The position numbers and the translations under genes were made by a program. Shown here one piece after another: positions 8,950 to 18,036 of a stretch of 21,131 bases of DNA (positions are counted from its first letter, which is position 1; each line of letters begins with the position of its first letter). This DNA is from Polyangiales bacterium (GTDB taxonomy: Bacteria > Myxococcota_A > Polyangia > Polyangiales > Houyiibacteriaceae), in the NCBI GenBank assembly GCA_045106895.1, contig JBGCFM010000159.1, positions 1 through 21,131 of the forward strand, given 5' to 3'. The notes below the pieces were generated by a model. That model made no database searches. It was not told where the DNA came from and saw nothing but the letters and a program-made list of their open reading frames with translations.

Positions 8950-11900
8950 TTAGAAGAGGCCGATGGAGAAGTGAAAGCTGCCCACGGGCTCTTGGAGAAA
9001 GCGCCGGCGCGCGAGGAGGAAGCCGTAGTCGAAGGCGATGGGGCCGACGGGCGTGGAAATGCGGAGCCCAAAACCTGCGGTGGGCCGGAGACGAACGGGG
9101 TTGAGTTCACCGGCGTCGACCCAGCTATTGCCAAGGTCGAAGAACGCGCCGCCGCGGAGACTTCCGAAGATCGGAAAGCGGAGTTCACCGCGGAGCACCA
9201 TGAAGACGTCGCCGCCCTGGACGACGGCGTTGACGTTGAAGTCATCGGGCAAGGCGCAGGAGGCGCTGCTGGGGTCGCAGATCTCGTCGGCGATGTCTTG
9301 AGGTACGAGGGCGTCCTGGAGGTAGCCACGGATCGTATCGACACCACCGAGGAAGAACTTGCGGTTGGGGTAGGTGAGAGAGTCTTGTTGGAGATGCACC
9401 ACGCGGCCAATGCGTAGCTGCGTGGCGAACACAACACCGGCGCCGAGGGGAACGTAGCCGCTCGCCGAAAGCAGGAGCCGTAGGTGATGACTCTGGTAGG
9501 TCTCGACCATGCCGGCGCGCTCGATGGTGCTGGCGCGAACGGTCTTGGCCCACTCCGCCGTCCCCGTCGCGAAGAAGCCGCTCGTCGGTGTGAAGGGGTT
9601 GTCGCGTTGGTCGACGGTTGCGCTGAGGCGCGCTGCGACCAGGGTCGATTCGCCTTCGGGGACACGGAGTAGAGTTCGCAGTCGAGGGTCCGTCGTATTC
9701 TGAAGGATCTCGTCGTAGGACTCTGCGCCGAGCACCTCGACCTGGTTGTTCTCAACGCCACCGCCAATCGAAAAGCTGAGGGAACGCAGAGGACGCCAGG
9801 CGAAGGAGAGGTCGATGGTGTTGGCGTCGAGGCCGAAGTTTCGTTCGTTCTCACGGAGGTTCCCCAGCGAGAGGGAAGCGCGCACATCGGGGATGCCGAT
9901 GTAGGGCGCCGCCAGCGTGAGGACGACGCGGCGTTCGAGGCGATCGCGAAGCGAGAGGGCATCGAAGCGCTGTTCGAGGGTGTCATCGAGGAAGAAGAAC
10001 TGGTAGCCGAGCTGCGCGCGAAGGCTCACCTCTAGGGCGAGGCCCCGGATATTGCGGAAGCCATACTCGACTCCGAAACGCGCGCCCTGGGCAGTGGATA
10101 TGCCGATGCGAAAGTCGAGGTATTGGGTCTTGCGCTCGGAAAGAACGAGGGAGATCTCTTTGGTTCGCGCGGGCAGATCGGGTTCGATGGGGGTCGCGCT
10201 GACGCCGCTGAAGATGCCGAGTTCAAGGAGGCGCTCTTGGGCACGGCGCAGAGCCGAGGGCGTCAGAAGCTCGCCGTCATCAAGGGCGGCGACACGTCGA
10301 ATCAAGCGCTCGCTCGTCTCGTCGGCGCCTTCGACGCGAAGCCCACGAATGCGGACTTCAAAGCGCTCCGTCACCTGCAGAAGAATCTCCGCTCGGGTTC
10401 GGTCACCACTGAAGCGTACGTTCGCCTCGACCGTCGCGTAGTAATAGCCGCGCTCCTGGTAATTGCGCGTGATGCGGTCTTTGGCTCGCTCCAGCGCTAG
10501 ATACGAGAATGGCTGGCCGCGTTCGAGTTCGGATGCTTCCAGCACTTCGCGATCGCTCAGCGCCTCGTTGCCCTCGAGGGACACCCTGTGAAGGTAGGCG
10601 CGGGGCCCTTCGAGGATGGGGAGTCTTACGACGGCGTGTCCATCGCCGGTTCGCTCAAGACGCGTTGGGCCGACCTCTGCGGCCAAGAAGCCGGCGGCGC
10701 GGTAGAGTTCGCGCACGTGCTCCGCGGCGGCCTCGTAGGCTGGCTCGTACCAAGTGGTGACCGGGTTGACGTCAAAGGGCTCATCGTCGTCGCGAGGGCG
10801 CTCGTCGTCGATGAAGAGGCGATTGACGTCGTGGATATCGACGGGGTCGAAGGGCGAATCGAGGTCGATGGCTTCTTCAAGAAATGCCGAGACCTGCTCT
10901 TCCAGAAAGGACTGATCGAAGTGCCGCGCCCCTGGAAACGAGCGATGGGTCACTTCGAGTCGTTCTTTGGGGTCGATGCGGATGAGGACGAGCGCGTCGA
11001 TCCCCGGAGGAGGGTCGTTCGGCCTGACGGGCAAGACCTCAACCTGTGCGTCGGGGTAGCCGTAGCGCTGGATCAGGTCCTGAACGCGGAGGCCCATCGG
11101 CGTGAGCTGGCTTTGGGACAGGCGCTCTTCGAAGAGACGGGCGACCTCCACAATTTCGTCGCGACTAATGGCTCCGTGACCGCTGACGCGGACGGCATAG
11201 CGAGGCCCAAGGTGGAGTCCATAACGAACGCGCGCGCCCTCCTCGCTTGTCTCCACGCCAAGCAATCGAATGCGGCTCTCGAAGTAGCCGCGCTCACGGA
11301 GCCGCGCCTCGCCTTCGCGAGTCGCAGCTTCGACGTCTTCGCGATCGAGGCGGTCGCCAGTGGATACACCCATCGAACGCCTTAGCCCCGTTACACGAGG
11401 AGGTGCGTCGCCTTCGAAGAGGATTTCGCGGATCTCCGTGACCGGCCCTTCGTCGATGGTGACCACCAGGAGCTTGCGACTCGGATCGTCGGTTTCCCGA
11501 AGCGTGAACTCCGCCCTAGTCTGCTCGAAGCCATGCTGGGCGTAGGCTTCGGTAAGTCGCGTTTGCAGCTCTTCGAGATCACGCCCCTGGATCTCTGAGC
11601 CGGCGTCCACGCGAAGGGTTCTCCGGACCTCACTGTCGTCGAACTCTTCGTTGCCCCGGATGTCCGCGCGAAGCAAAACGAGCCGAGGAACCAACGAGAC
11701 AAGGACACGCACGCCCTCGCCTTCGAGGACCACGTCGAACTGTACGTTCGACCACTGGCCGGAACGCAAGAGTCGCTGCGTGGTGGTGCGAAGAAGCTGA
11801 CGCGTCAGCGGCGCGCCGATGGGGATTCCGATCTGGCGTGCAGGGGTCGTTCGACGCGCAGCACCCACCACTTCCACGCTCACCACGACTTGGCCACGCC

Positions 11901-11979
11901 AGGTAGGCTCGTCGGCGTGGGCCGTCGACGCAGCCGCGATGCAGGCGACGACGCAGAGGGCGTGGAGGAGGGCACGCAT
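8950..11979 (-). CDS. Omp85-family (BamA/TamA-like) outer-membrane protein, about 7 POTRA domains (1009 aa)
   Basis: Signal peptide MRALLHALCVVACIAAASTAHA from ATG 11979; repeated POTRA units (..GN..., ..RGY.., ..EGP); loop-6 motif FFLGGVDTIRGY; C-terminal TPVGPIAFDYG...FHFSIGLF. Confidence 0.93.
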   Translation of the reverse strand: MRALLHALCVVACIAAASTAHADEPTWRGQVVVSVEVVGAARRTTPARQIGIPIGAPLTRQLLRTTTQRLLRSGQWSNVQFDVVLEGEGVRVLVSLVPRLVLLRADIRGNEEFDDSEVRRTLRVDAGSEIQGRDLEELQTRLTEAYAQHGFEQTRAEFTLRETDDPSRKLLVVTIDEGPVTEIREILFEGDAPPRVTGLRRSMGVSTGDRLDREDVEAATREGEARLRERGYFESRIRLLGVETSEEGARVRYGLHLGPRYAVRVSGHGAISRDEIVEVARLFEERLSQSQLTPMGLRVQDLIQRYGYPDAQVEVLPVRPNDPPPGIDALVLIRIDPKERLEVTHRSFPGARHFDQSFLEEQVSAFLEEAIDLDSPFDPVDIHDVNRLFIDDERPRDDDEPFDVNPVTTWYEPAYEAAAEHVRELYRAAGFLAAEVGPTRLERTGDGHAVVRLPILEGPRAYLHRVSLEGNEALSDREVLEASELERGQPFSYLALERAKDRITRNYQERGYYYATVEANVRFSGDRTRAEILLQVTERFEVRIRGLRVEGADETSERLIRRVAALDDGELLTPSALRRAQERLLELGIFSGVSATPIEPDLPARTKEISLVLSERKTQYLDFRIGISTAQGARFGVEYGFRNIRGLALEVSLRAQLGYQFFFLDDTLEQRFDALSLRDRLERRVVLTLAAPYIGIPDVRASLSLGNLRENERNFGLDANTIDLSFAWRPLRSLSFSIGGGVENNQVEVLGAESYDEILQNTTDPRLRTLLRVPEGESTLVAARLSATVDQRDNPFTPTSGFFATGTAEWAKTVRASTIERAGMVETYQSHHLRLLLSASGYVPLGAGVVFATQLRIGRVVHLQQDSLTYPNRKFFLGGVDTIRGYLQDALVPQDIADEICDPSSASCALPDDFNVNAVVQGGDVFMVLRGELRFPIFGSLRGGAFFDLGNSWVDAGELNPVRLRPTAGFGLRISTPVGPIAFDYGFLLARRRFLQEPVGSFHFSIGLF

Positions 11980-12014
11980 CGAGGCCCAGGTGTACTCGTG
12001 CCTTGGCGGCAAGG

Positions 12015-12293
12015 CAACGCTTCGCTGGGTCTCTGTGATGGCGCTCAGGGTTTCTCTCGAAGTCCGGTTCGCGTTCTCCGTGATCCGCTCATCGTTCGCT
12101 CTCTCGAAGTTCGCTCTAAGTCCCGCGTGGGCCCAAGGCCATTCGGCTGGCACAACGCTTCGCTCGGTCTCTGTGATCTGGCACAACGCTTCGCTCGGGT
12201 CTCTGTGACTCGCTCAGTGGTCGCTCTCCAAGTTCGCTCTAAGTTCGTCCGGTTCGGGGTGGGCCCGCGTGGGCCCAAGGCCATTCGGCTGGC
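12015..12293. repeat. Mosaic of short direct repeats
   Basis: CAACGCTTCGCT..GGTCTCTGTGA x3 (12015, 12153, 12184; the last two within a 31/32-bp tandem at 12147-12209); identical 30-mer CCCGCGTGGGCCCAAGGCCATTCGGCTGGC at 12122-12151 and 12264-12293; AAGTTCGCTCTAAGT at 12107 and 12230. Confidence 0.92.
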
Positions 12294-12485
12294 TTGTGTC
12301 GCCGCCCCTTGCGGCGACACAAGGTCTCTCCCGTCCCGGCATACCTCATCGCCCGATGGGGATTTGGGCCGCCCTGACATGCATCGAGAGTTGCGACTCG
12401 AGAGCTGAGAATGAGGCGTTGGCGCTCTTCCACTTTGGGAGAGACGGCCTCGAAGCCTTGGGCCCACGCGGGCCCACCCCGAACC
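12251..12485. repeat. 235-bp element bounded by a perfect 31-bp inverted repeat (REPIN/MITE-like or invertible segment)
   Basis: GGTTCGGGGTGGGCCCGCGTGGGCCCAAGGC at 12251-12281 and its exact reverse complement at 12455-12485; internal 13-bp perfect stem CTTGTGTCGCCGC-ccctt-GCGGCGACACAAG at 12293-12323. Confidence 0.88.
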
Positions 12486-12525
12486 TGCGTACGTTTCAAA
12501 CAGCACGACGCTTTATCGGCTTGGC

Positions 12526-15500
12526 CTACTCAAATTCGAGCCGCCAATGGAGGTCGACGCCGACGTTACCGAGATTCGATGCACTCTCGCGGTTGATATT
12601 GTCGTACACGGCCTGGAAACTCGTCTGATCGCTGACGCGCCACTCGAGTCCGGTTTGGAAGGTCCGGCTTTCGCCGGTGAGTCCCGTGGAAGCGGAGAGA
12701 CGCACGCGTTCGCTGATGCGTTTGCCCACCGTCAGCATCGGCTCCGGACGGCCGGTGTCCGGGCTATAACGGGTGGTGATAGCGAAGTCGTCGATGACGC
12801 CGAGAGCACTGACGACCTCTTCGTTGACGCCGCTGATTGCGCTGAGGGCTTCGAGGGCTGTGCCACCGACGTCGCCGGCTTGGAGCTGTTGGGCTTCGGC
12901 GGAGGTCATTCCCACGGTGAGCAGGAGCATGAGGTCTTCTTGGGAGAGCGCGGGCTGGCTCGTCGCGTCGAGCTGGAAACCGTCCATGTTGCCGTGCGCG
13001 CGCAGTCGGACTCGCCAAGCTTGGCCGGTGAGGTCACTCGACGCTTGCTGTCGCCGGATTTCGGTGACGGCGAGGACATCGAACTGTGGGTCGACGCGTT
13101 GAGCGTCGTTGAAGCGGATTTCCCCCTCTGTAACCTCGAGGTCGGTGTTTCGGAAACGCACTGTGCCGCGGGGAATATTGAGGCGACCCACCACGCCCCA
13201 GCGTTGGTCGGTGCCGACGATGCGGAAAGGTTGTTCCGCGTCGTCGATTCCCACGCTGACGTCCATGAGGTTGTTCTGAATGCGCGCGTCACTTTCGCTC
13301 ACCAGACGTAGGTCGATGGCGAGGTTGTCGTCGTCCGGATCGTAGCGCTCCACCTCCGCGCGCTGAGGACTGTAGAGCTCTCCGAGCGTCGGCGAGAGCT
13401 GAACTGGACGGCGGTACTGAACGCGCCCCAAAGAGACCTGGCCTGTGAGCGCAGGCAGACGCTCTCCGTCACGCCAAGCAAGCCGCGTCTCGGCGTCGAG
13501 GCCCACTTCGATGCCTTCTTCGGGGATCATCGTCGCGTTCTGAACGCGAGCATCGAACTCGTAGCGCTGCAGGCCTCCGTCGCTGAGGCGAGCACTACCC
13601 GCAAGCTCCAACGTGCCACCGCCAAGTCTTCCCGTGAACTCTTCAAAGGACACGCTTCGTTTGTTGAAGCGGATGCGTCCGGCGAGCTCGTCGACGGGCG
13701 CGGGAACGTCGCCGATCTGAAACATACCGCGGGCCACCACGGCTTCACCGGAGACCGTTGGGTCCGAGGTAAACGCGCCTAGGTCGACGTGAAAACGCAT
13801 CTCACCGGCGCTGGCGCTTACCTCCGTGGAGAGCTGCGCGATGGTGGCCAGATCGAGCTGCCCGTCCACGCTGACATCGAGGCGGCCGCGGGCGTCGACG
13901 CCACCCGCCAACGAAAGCTCACTTCCGGGTCCACGAAAATTCGCCTCGCGAAAGCGGAGCCCGCCGCGGACGATGTCGAGGGACACGGGCCCGTCATTCT
14001 CGATGGTAACCACGTTCGTGTTGTCGTCGTCGGCAGCGTTCGCGCGGAACTCCGCCAGCTCGATGCTGCCTGCGAGGGTGCCGTCTTGAAGAACAGAGCC
14101 TCCTGTGAAGTTCACGCGTCCTGTGAGCGAGCCATCGATCCCTGTCTGGCTGCCAGCGAATGGAGCGAGCTGTACGGCGTCGAGGTCGATGATGCCGCGG
14201 GCGGGATAGACGTCGGTCCAGCCCAGAGCGACATCCGCGTGAACCTGGCCGGCGAGTCCGTCGCCGCAGACGAGGAACGCCATCTGCGGTGTGGTGGAGG
14301 GCATCATTCCCTCGCGAGTGCGAACCGGCGGAGATGGGCGCCAGCGACCGCGGGCGAGGCCATAGCGTGCGTGAGCGCAGGGTTCGTCTTCGGGGACTTC
14401 GTCCCAGCGCGCAGCTTCGGCGACCCACGGATCGCTGCGGTCCGTGAGGCGAACGTACGCCCGCGCATCCCCCAAGAGCTGTCCGTCCCAACTGAGTCCG
14501 GCGGCGTCGACGTCGAGGTGCATCCGAGGAACATCGACGCTTCCTCGGACTCGCCCCACCACGGAGTAGCTGCCTTCGAGGTCTGGGAGGCTCTCAGAGA
14601 GGCCTTCGATCTGTTGCGCGCGCACTTGATCCGCGAGGACGCTCAGCTGCAGCTGCGAGTGATCGATGCGTCCCGCGATGTTGATGGTTCCCTCGCCTTT
14701 GTGCAGCACGAGGTGGTCGAGATCGAGAACTGCGGCGTCGAGGCCCTGGCTGAAGTCGAACCAGCGGTAGTGACCCGCGAAGCTTCCGTGGTCGAAGGCG
14801 TACCCCGCGAAGTTCGCCGAGAGCAGTTCGAAATCGAGGTGCGTGTCGAAGGTGCCGTTGGGCCCGTCGTTTGGAAACCCGTTCGTGTAGCGCAGTGTCA
14901 TGCCGCCGCGTGCCGTTGCCTGATAAGGCGTATAGCGCTCGTCTTCTTCGTAGTGGAAGATCTCGTAGAGGTCCGCGACGAGGAGGCGTGGCGAGTTCAA
15001 GCGACCTGTGATCTCGATGTGCTCCGTGAAGTCGAAGAGCAGGTCATCCATCGTGTAGGTGCTGGAGCCCTTCGTGGCGTCGACGTGGGGGAGCGAGACG
15101 GCGTAGTAGTCGCGAACGATGGACCAGTCGCTCTCGACGTTGCCGAACTCGTAGCTATCGAAGGTGAGTGCATCCAGGTTGAAGTGACCGGCCACTTGCG
15201 GGTCACTGAAGTCTCCGGTGATCGCGACGCGGACGTCACCGGCGCCGGCGATGTCGAAGGTGGTCAGTGGCGAGACGTCTGCGACGTCGATGCGGCCCGC
15301 ACCTTCGACGTGGAAGGTGTTGTCGAAGCCGAGATGGACAACGGGCACCTCGAAGTGCGTCTGGCCCACGTTGAGCACGACGTTCTCGAAGAGAAAAGCT
15401 TCTTCGTTGACGTGCCAGAAGCCATGGATCCGGGCGTTTGAAGTGCTGATAACCCGCTGTCGGGGTCGCTCGTGATGCGGGTCGACGGTGATAAGAAAGG

Positions 15501-16779
15501 TCGGCGAAAAGATGGAGAGCGGACCACGAACGTTGAACGGCGAGAGCGTGCCGTTGAACGAACCTTCGCCGCGAATCGCCCACCACACAGGCGTGTCCGG
15601 CGTGACGCCGAGCTGCTCGATGAGGTGGGCGAACTGCATGTCGAGGTCGGCATTCAGGGTCATCGGGAACCCGCGCTCTTCGTCGAAGTCGATGCGACCG
15701 TCGAGGGCGATTCTTCCGCCGTCGGAGATGAGCCGCGCTTCGCTACCTTCTTCGAAGAGGATTCGCTCCGTGCTCACGTCCACCACCAAAACAACCTCGT
15801 CGCCGAGACCCCACTTTCGGTCGATGCGGCCGTCGATGACGCGCACTTCGCCGCGTGCTTCAGGCCCGTTCTCCGTGCTCTCCACCTCGCCGCGGACAAG
15901 GATGCGACCTTCGAGGGGGGGTAGCTCAATGCCGAGGGGCAGGTCCTGGAGATGCGCAATGTTGAATTCCACCTCCGCATGCGAGCGGTACGTGGGCTCG
16001 CCCTCGCCGAGCTGGGCTTCGGCGTCGCTGAGACGAACACTTAGGTAAGGCGTACGTAGACGCGCTTCTTCGATGGCGATAGCGCCGCCAAGGGTGAAGC
16101 TCCCGTCCAACACCAGCTCTTCGATGTCTTCGCGACCATCGGGGTGGTCGACGACGCCGCGACGCGAACGCAGGTCGATGGCCATCTCGTCGCCGCTGGC
16201 GTCGATGTGGATGTCCATGGGACCGAGGCGAGCCTGGGCCAAAGGCGCCGCGTCGATGGACACGGCGGCGTTGAGGATGTCGATGCGCGAGAAGGGAAAC
16301 TCGCTCGGTCCCCCGCCACCGGATTCCGGAAGCTGGGGCAAGTTCATGGGCCGCCCATCTTCGTCGAGGCGAAGGTGGATGCGTGGGGAGTCGACCTCGA
16401 TGGATTCTAGGTCGACCTCACCGCGAAGGAACGCACCGAGGCTCGGGCGAATCACCAGGGCCTCTGCGTCGATGAAGTCGCCTTCTTCGGGATGATCGAT
16501 GTCGATGCCGCGGGCGCTCAGCGTCAGCGCCGGCGGAAGGTACTCCCACGCGACCTCCACCCGTTCGATACTTGCGTCTAGGCCGAGTTGGTCATGAAGT
16601 GCGCGCTCGGCGAGCTTGCGTGCGCGCTCTTCGCCCCACCGCGTCTGAGAGATGGCGACGGCTCCCGCGAAGAGCACGAGACCGATGAGCGTGGTCCACG
16701 TCAGAGCGCGCCGTAGGCGGGACCTACGACGGCGAGGCGCCGGCACAGCGTCTTTTGACTCTTTCTTCTCAGGATCCAC
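12526..16779 (-). CDS. tamB: TamB / AsmA-like translocation and assembly module protein (about 1417 aa)
   Basis: Basic N-terminus plus one TM anchor, long amphipathic beta-strand body, C-terminal DUF490-like region (VGKRISERVRLS...GVDLHWRLEFE); adjacent to an Omp85 gene; probable start GTG 16779. Confidence 0.9.
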   Translation of the reverse strand: MDPEKKESKDAVPAPRRRRSRLRRALTWTTLIGLVLFAGAVAISQTRWGEERARKLAERALHDQLGLDASIERVEVAWEYLPPALTLSARGIDIDHPEEGDFIDAEALVIRPSLGAFLRGEVDLESIEVDSPRIHLRLDEDGRPMNLPQLPESGGGGPSEFPFSRIDILNAAVSIDAAPLAQARLGPMDIHIDASGDEMAIDLRSRRGVVDHPDGREDIEELVLDGSFTLGGAIAIEEARLRTPYLSVRLSDAEAQLGEGEPTYRSHAEVEFNIAHLQDLPLGIELPPLEGRILVRGEVESTENGPEARGEVRVIDGRIDRKWGLGDEVVLVVDVSTERILFEEGSEARLISDGGRIALDGRIDFDEERGFPMTLNADLDMQFAHLIEQLGVTPDTPVWWAIRGEGSFNGTLSPFNVRGPLSIFSPTFLITVDPHHERPRQRVISTSNARIHGFWHVNEEAFLFENVVLNVGQTHFEVPVVHLGFDNTFHVEGAGRIDVADVSPLTTFDIAGAGDVRVAITGDFSDPQVAGHFNLDALTFDSYEFGNVESDWSIVRDYYAVSLPHVDATKGSSTYTMDDLLFDFTEHIEITGRLNSPRLLVADLYEIFHYEEDERYTPYQATARGGMTLRYTNGFPNDGPNGTFDTHLDFELLSANFAGYAFDHGSFAGHYRWFDFSQGLDAAVLDLDHLVLHKGEGTINIAGRIDHSQLQLSVLADQVRAQQIEGLSESLPDLEGSYSVVGRVRGSVDVPRMHLDVDAAGLSWDGQLLGDARAYVRLTDRSDPWVAEAARWDEVPEDEPCAHARYGLARGRWRPSPPVRTREGMMPSTTPQMAFLVCGDGLAGQVHADVALGWTDVYPARGIIDLDAVQLAPFAGSQTGIDGSLTGRVNFTGGSVLQDGTLAGSIELAEFRANAADDDNTNVVTIENDGPVSLDIVRGGLRFREANFRGPGSELSLAGGVDARGRLDVSVDGQLDLATIAQLSTEVSASAGEMRFHVDLGAFTSDPTVSGEAVVARGMFQIGDVPAPVDELAGRIRFNKRSVSFEEFTGRLGGGTLELAGSARLSDGGLQRYEFDARVQNATMIPEEGIEVGLDAETRLAWRDGERLPALTGQVSLGRVQYRRPVQLSPTLGELYSPQRAEVERYDPDDDNLAIDLRLVSESDARIQNNLMDVSVGIDDAEQPFRIVGTDQRWGVVGRLNIPRGTVRFRNTDLEVTEGEIRFNDAQRVDPQFDVLAVTEIRRQQASSDLTGQAWRVRLRAHGNMDGFQLDATSQPALSQEDLMLLLTVGMTSAEAQQLQAGDVGGTALEALSAISGVNEEVVSALGVIDDFAITTRYSPDTGRPEPMLTVGKRISERVRLSASTGLTGESRTFQTGLEWRVSDQTSFQAVYDNINRESASNLGNVGVDLHWRLEFE

Positions 16780-16880
16780 GGAAAACCAACGAATCAAAGT
16801 AGCACGTAGGCTCTTTGACGCCCTCCTATCGACAAAGTTGCGTTGCGTCCGCGGGCGGATCGCGTCCATATGCTGCCGCA

Positions 16881-17825
16881 GTGGCGCTGGACGAGGACGA
16901 CATCGCAACGGGTGAAAGCGGAGAATCGGCGGCGGCAGCGACGAGCCGGGCCGTCATCGCCGCGCTCATCACCGTCCAAGTGGGTTTTGCGACGCTTCCC
17001 GTCGGGGCGAAGCTCGTTCTCGCGGAGCTCTCGCCCTACGGGTTTGGTTTGATCCGCCTGGTCGCGGCGGGTGTCTTCTTCAGCGTCCTGGCAACGATCC
17101 GCGGCAAGCTCCATGTCCCCTTCCGCGATGTTTGGCGCATCGCGCTCATCGGTTTGTTGGGGACGGCGGTGAACCAAATCTTGTACCTCAACGGGCTAGA
17201 GCGAAGCAACGCTACGCACGCGGCTGTTCTTGTGACGCTGATCCCCGTGTTCGCATTCATCATCGCTATCGCAACGAGAAAAGAGCGGGCCGTGCCCCTC
17301 GGTTTGGCCGGCGTTGGCATCGCCTTCGCCGGCGTCCTCAGCCTCACCGGCGTCGAAGACGTCTCCATCGGCATGGGCACCATCGTTGGCGATGGGCTCA
17401 TGGTCGCGAACGCCTTCTCGTACTCGCTCTACCTCGTTCTCTCCAAGCCCTACGTCGAACGCTACGGGGCCATCCCCGTGGTCGCGATAAGCTTCGTGGC
17501 GGCGAGCATCGTCGCGGCACCTTTTGGCATCTCCTCGCTAAGCACGGTTCCCTCCATGTCGGCAGGCGCCCTCGGCGCGCTCGTCTATGTCGTCCTTGTA
17601 CCGACGCTGCTCACCTACATGCTGAACGCCTGGGCGCTGGCTCGCGCGAGCGCTTCCAAGGTCGCGATCTACATCTACCTGCAACCGCTACTTGGCGTGT
17701 TGCTCGCACACTGGGTCCTCCATGAAGTGCTTGGTGCGCGAGCGCTGGTGAGCAGCGCCGTGGTGATCTTCGGGATTGTCCTCGTCAACAAAGCGCGGCC
17801 AACGGCGCGTGTCGCAAAAGCGTAG
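16881..17825 (+). CDS. DMT-superfamily (EamA) transporter
   Basis: About 10 TM helices in two repeats; GLERSNATHAAVLVTLIPVF, GDGLMVANAFSYSLYLVLSK, ASKVAIYIYLQPL; probable start GTG 16881. Confidence 0.92.
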   Translation: MALDEDDIATGESGESAAAATSRAVIAALITVQVGFATLPVGAKLVLAELSPYGFGLIRLVAAGVFFSVLATIRGKLHVPFRDVWRIALIGLLGTAVNQILYLNGLERSNATHAAVLVTLIPVFAFIIAIATRKERAVPLGLAGVGIAFAGVLSLTGVEDVSIGMGTIVGDGLMVANAFSYSLYLVLSKPYVERYGAIPVVAISFVAASIVAAPFGISSLSTVPSMSAGALGALVYVVLVPTLLTYMLNAWALARASASKVAIYIYLQPLLGVLLAHWVLHEVLGARALVSSAVVIFGIVLVNKARPTARVAKA

Positions 17826-17974
17826 CGTCGAGGCAGGCGCGAACGACGGTACGCACTTGATCGCGTGTTGCCTGACACGAATGTCGCAGAGGCGTGACGC
17901 GCGGTTTTCAGCGAGCTGCCAAACTTGTTTAGATCCCAAGGGTTTTCTCAAACGTAGTGTCTATGAGCGGTAGC

Positions 17975-17990
17975 CGGAACGGCCATTGCA
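17975..17990 (+). promoter_or_regulatory. Candidate sigma54 promoter of the PilZ-like gene
   Basis: CGGAACG-GCCA-TTGCA: GG-N10-GC spacing, perfect -12, two mismatches in -24; predicted +1 near 18001. Confidence 0.5.
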
Positions 17991-18036
17991 TTGAACACAC
18001 TGACGGCTTTGCTGCCGACGACGAAAGGTGACCCAT

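Noticed and set aside
11980..12186. 69-codon in-frame extension of the omp85 ORF
   Set aside because: It is translated repeat DNA (ITETERSV/ITETQRSV) and would bury the signal peptide that starts at 11979.
12015..12485. Possible CRISPR array
   Set aside because: Repeats are adjacent or irregularly spaced, intervening sequence is itself repeated, and no cas genes are present.
12045..12628. Short ORFs in the repeat region as a possible transposase or leader peptide
   Set aside because: No HUH, DDE or recombinase motifs; the peptides simply mirror the DNA repeats.
13789..15441. 550-aa plus-strand ORF (and similar ones at 12547, 10588, 5416)
   Set aside because: Antisense mirrors of well-supported genes, caused by codon bias.
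17831..17873. Imperfect hairpin AGGCAGGCGCGA...TCGCGTGTTGCCT after the EamA gene as a terminator
   Set aside because: Large loop, mismatches and no U-tract; not supportable as an intrinsic terminator.
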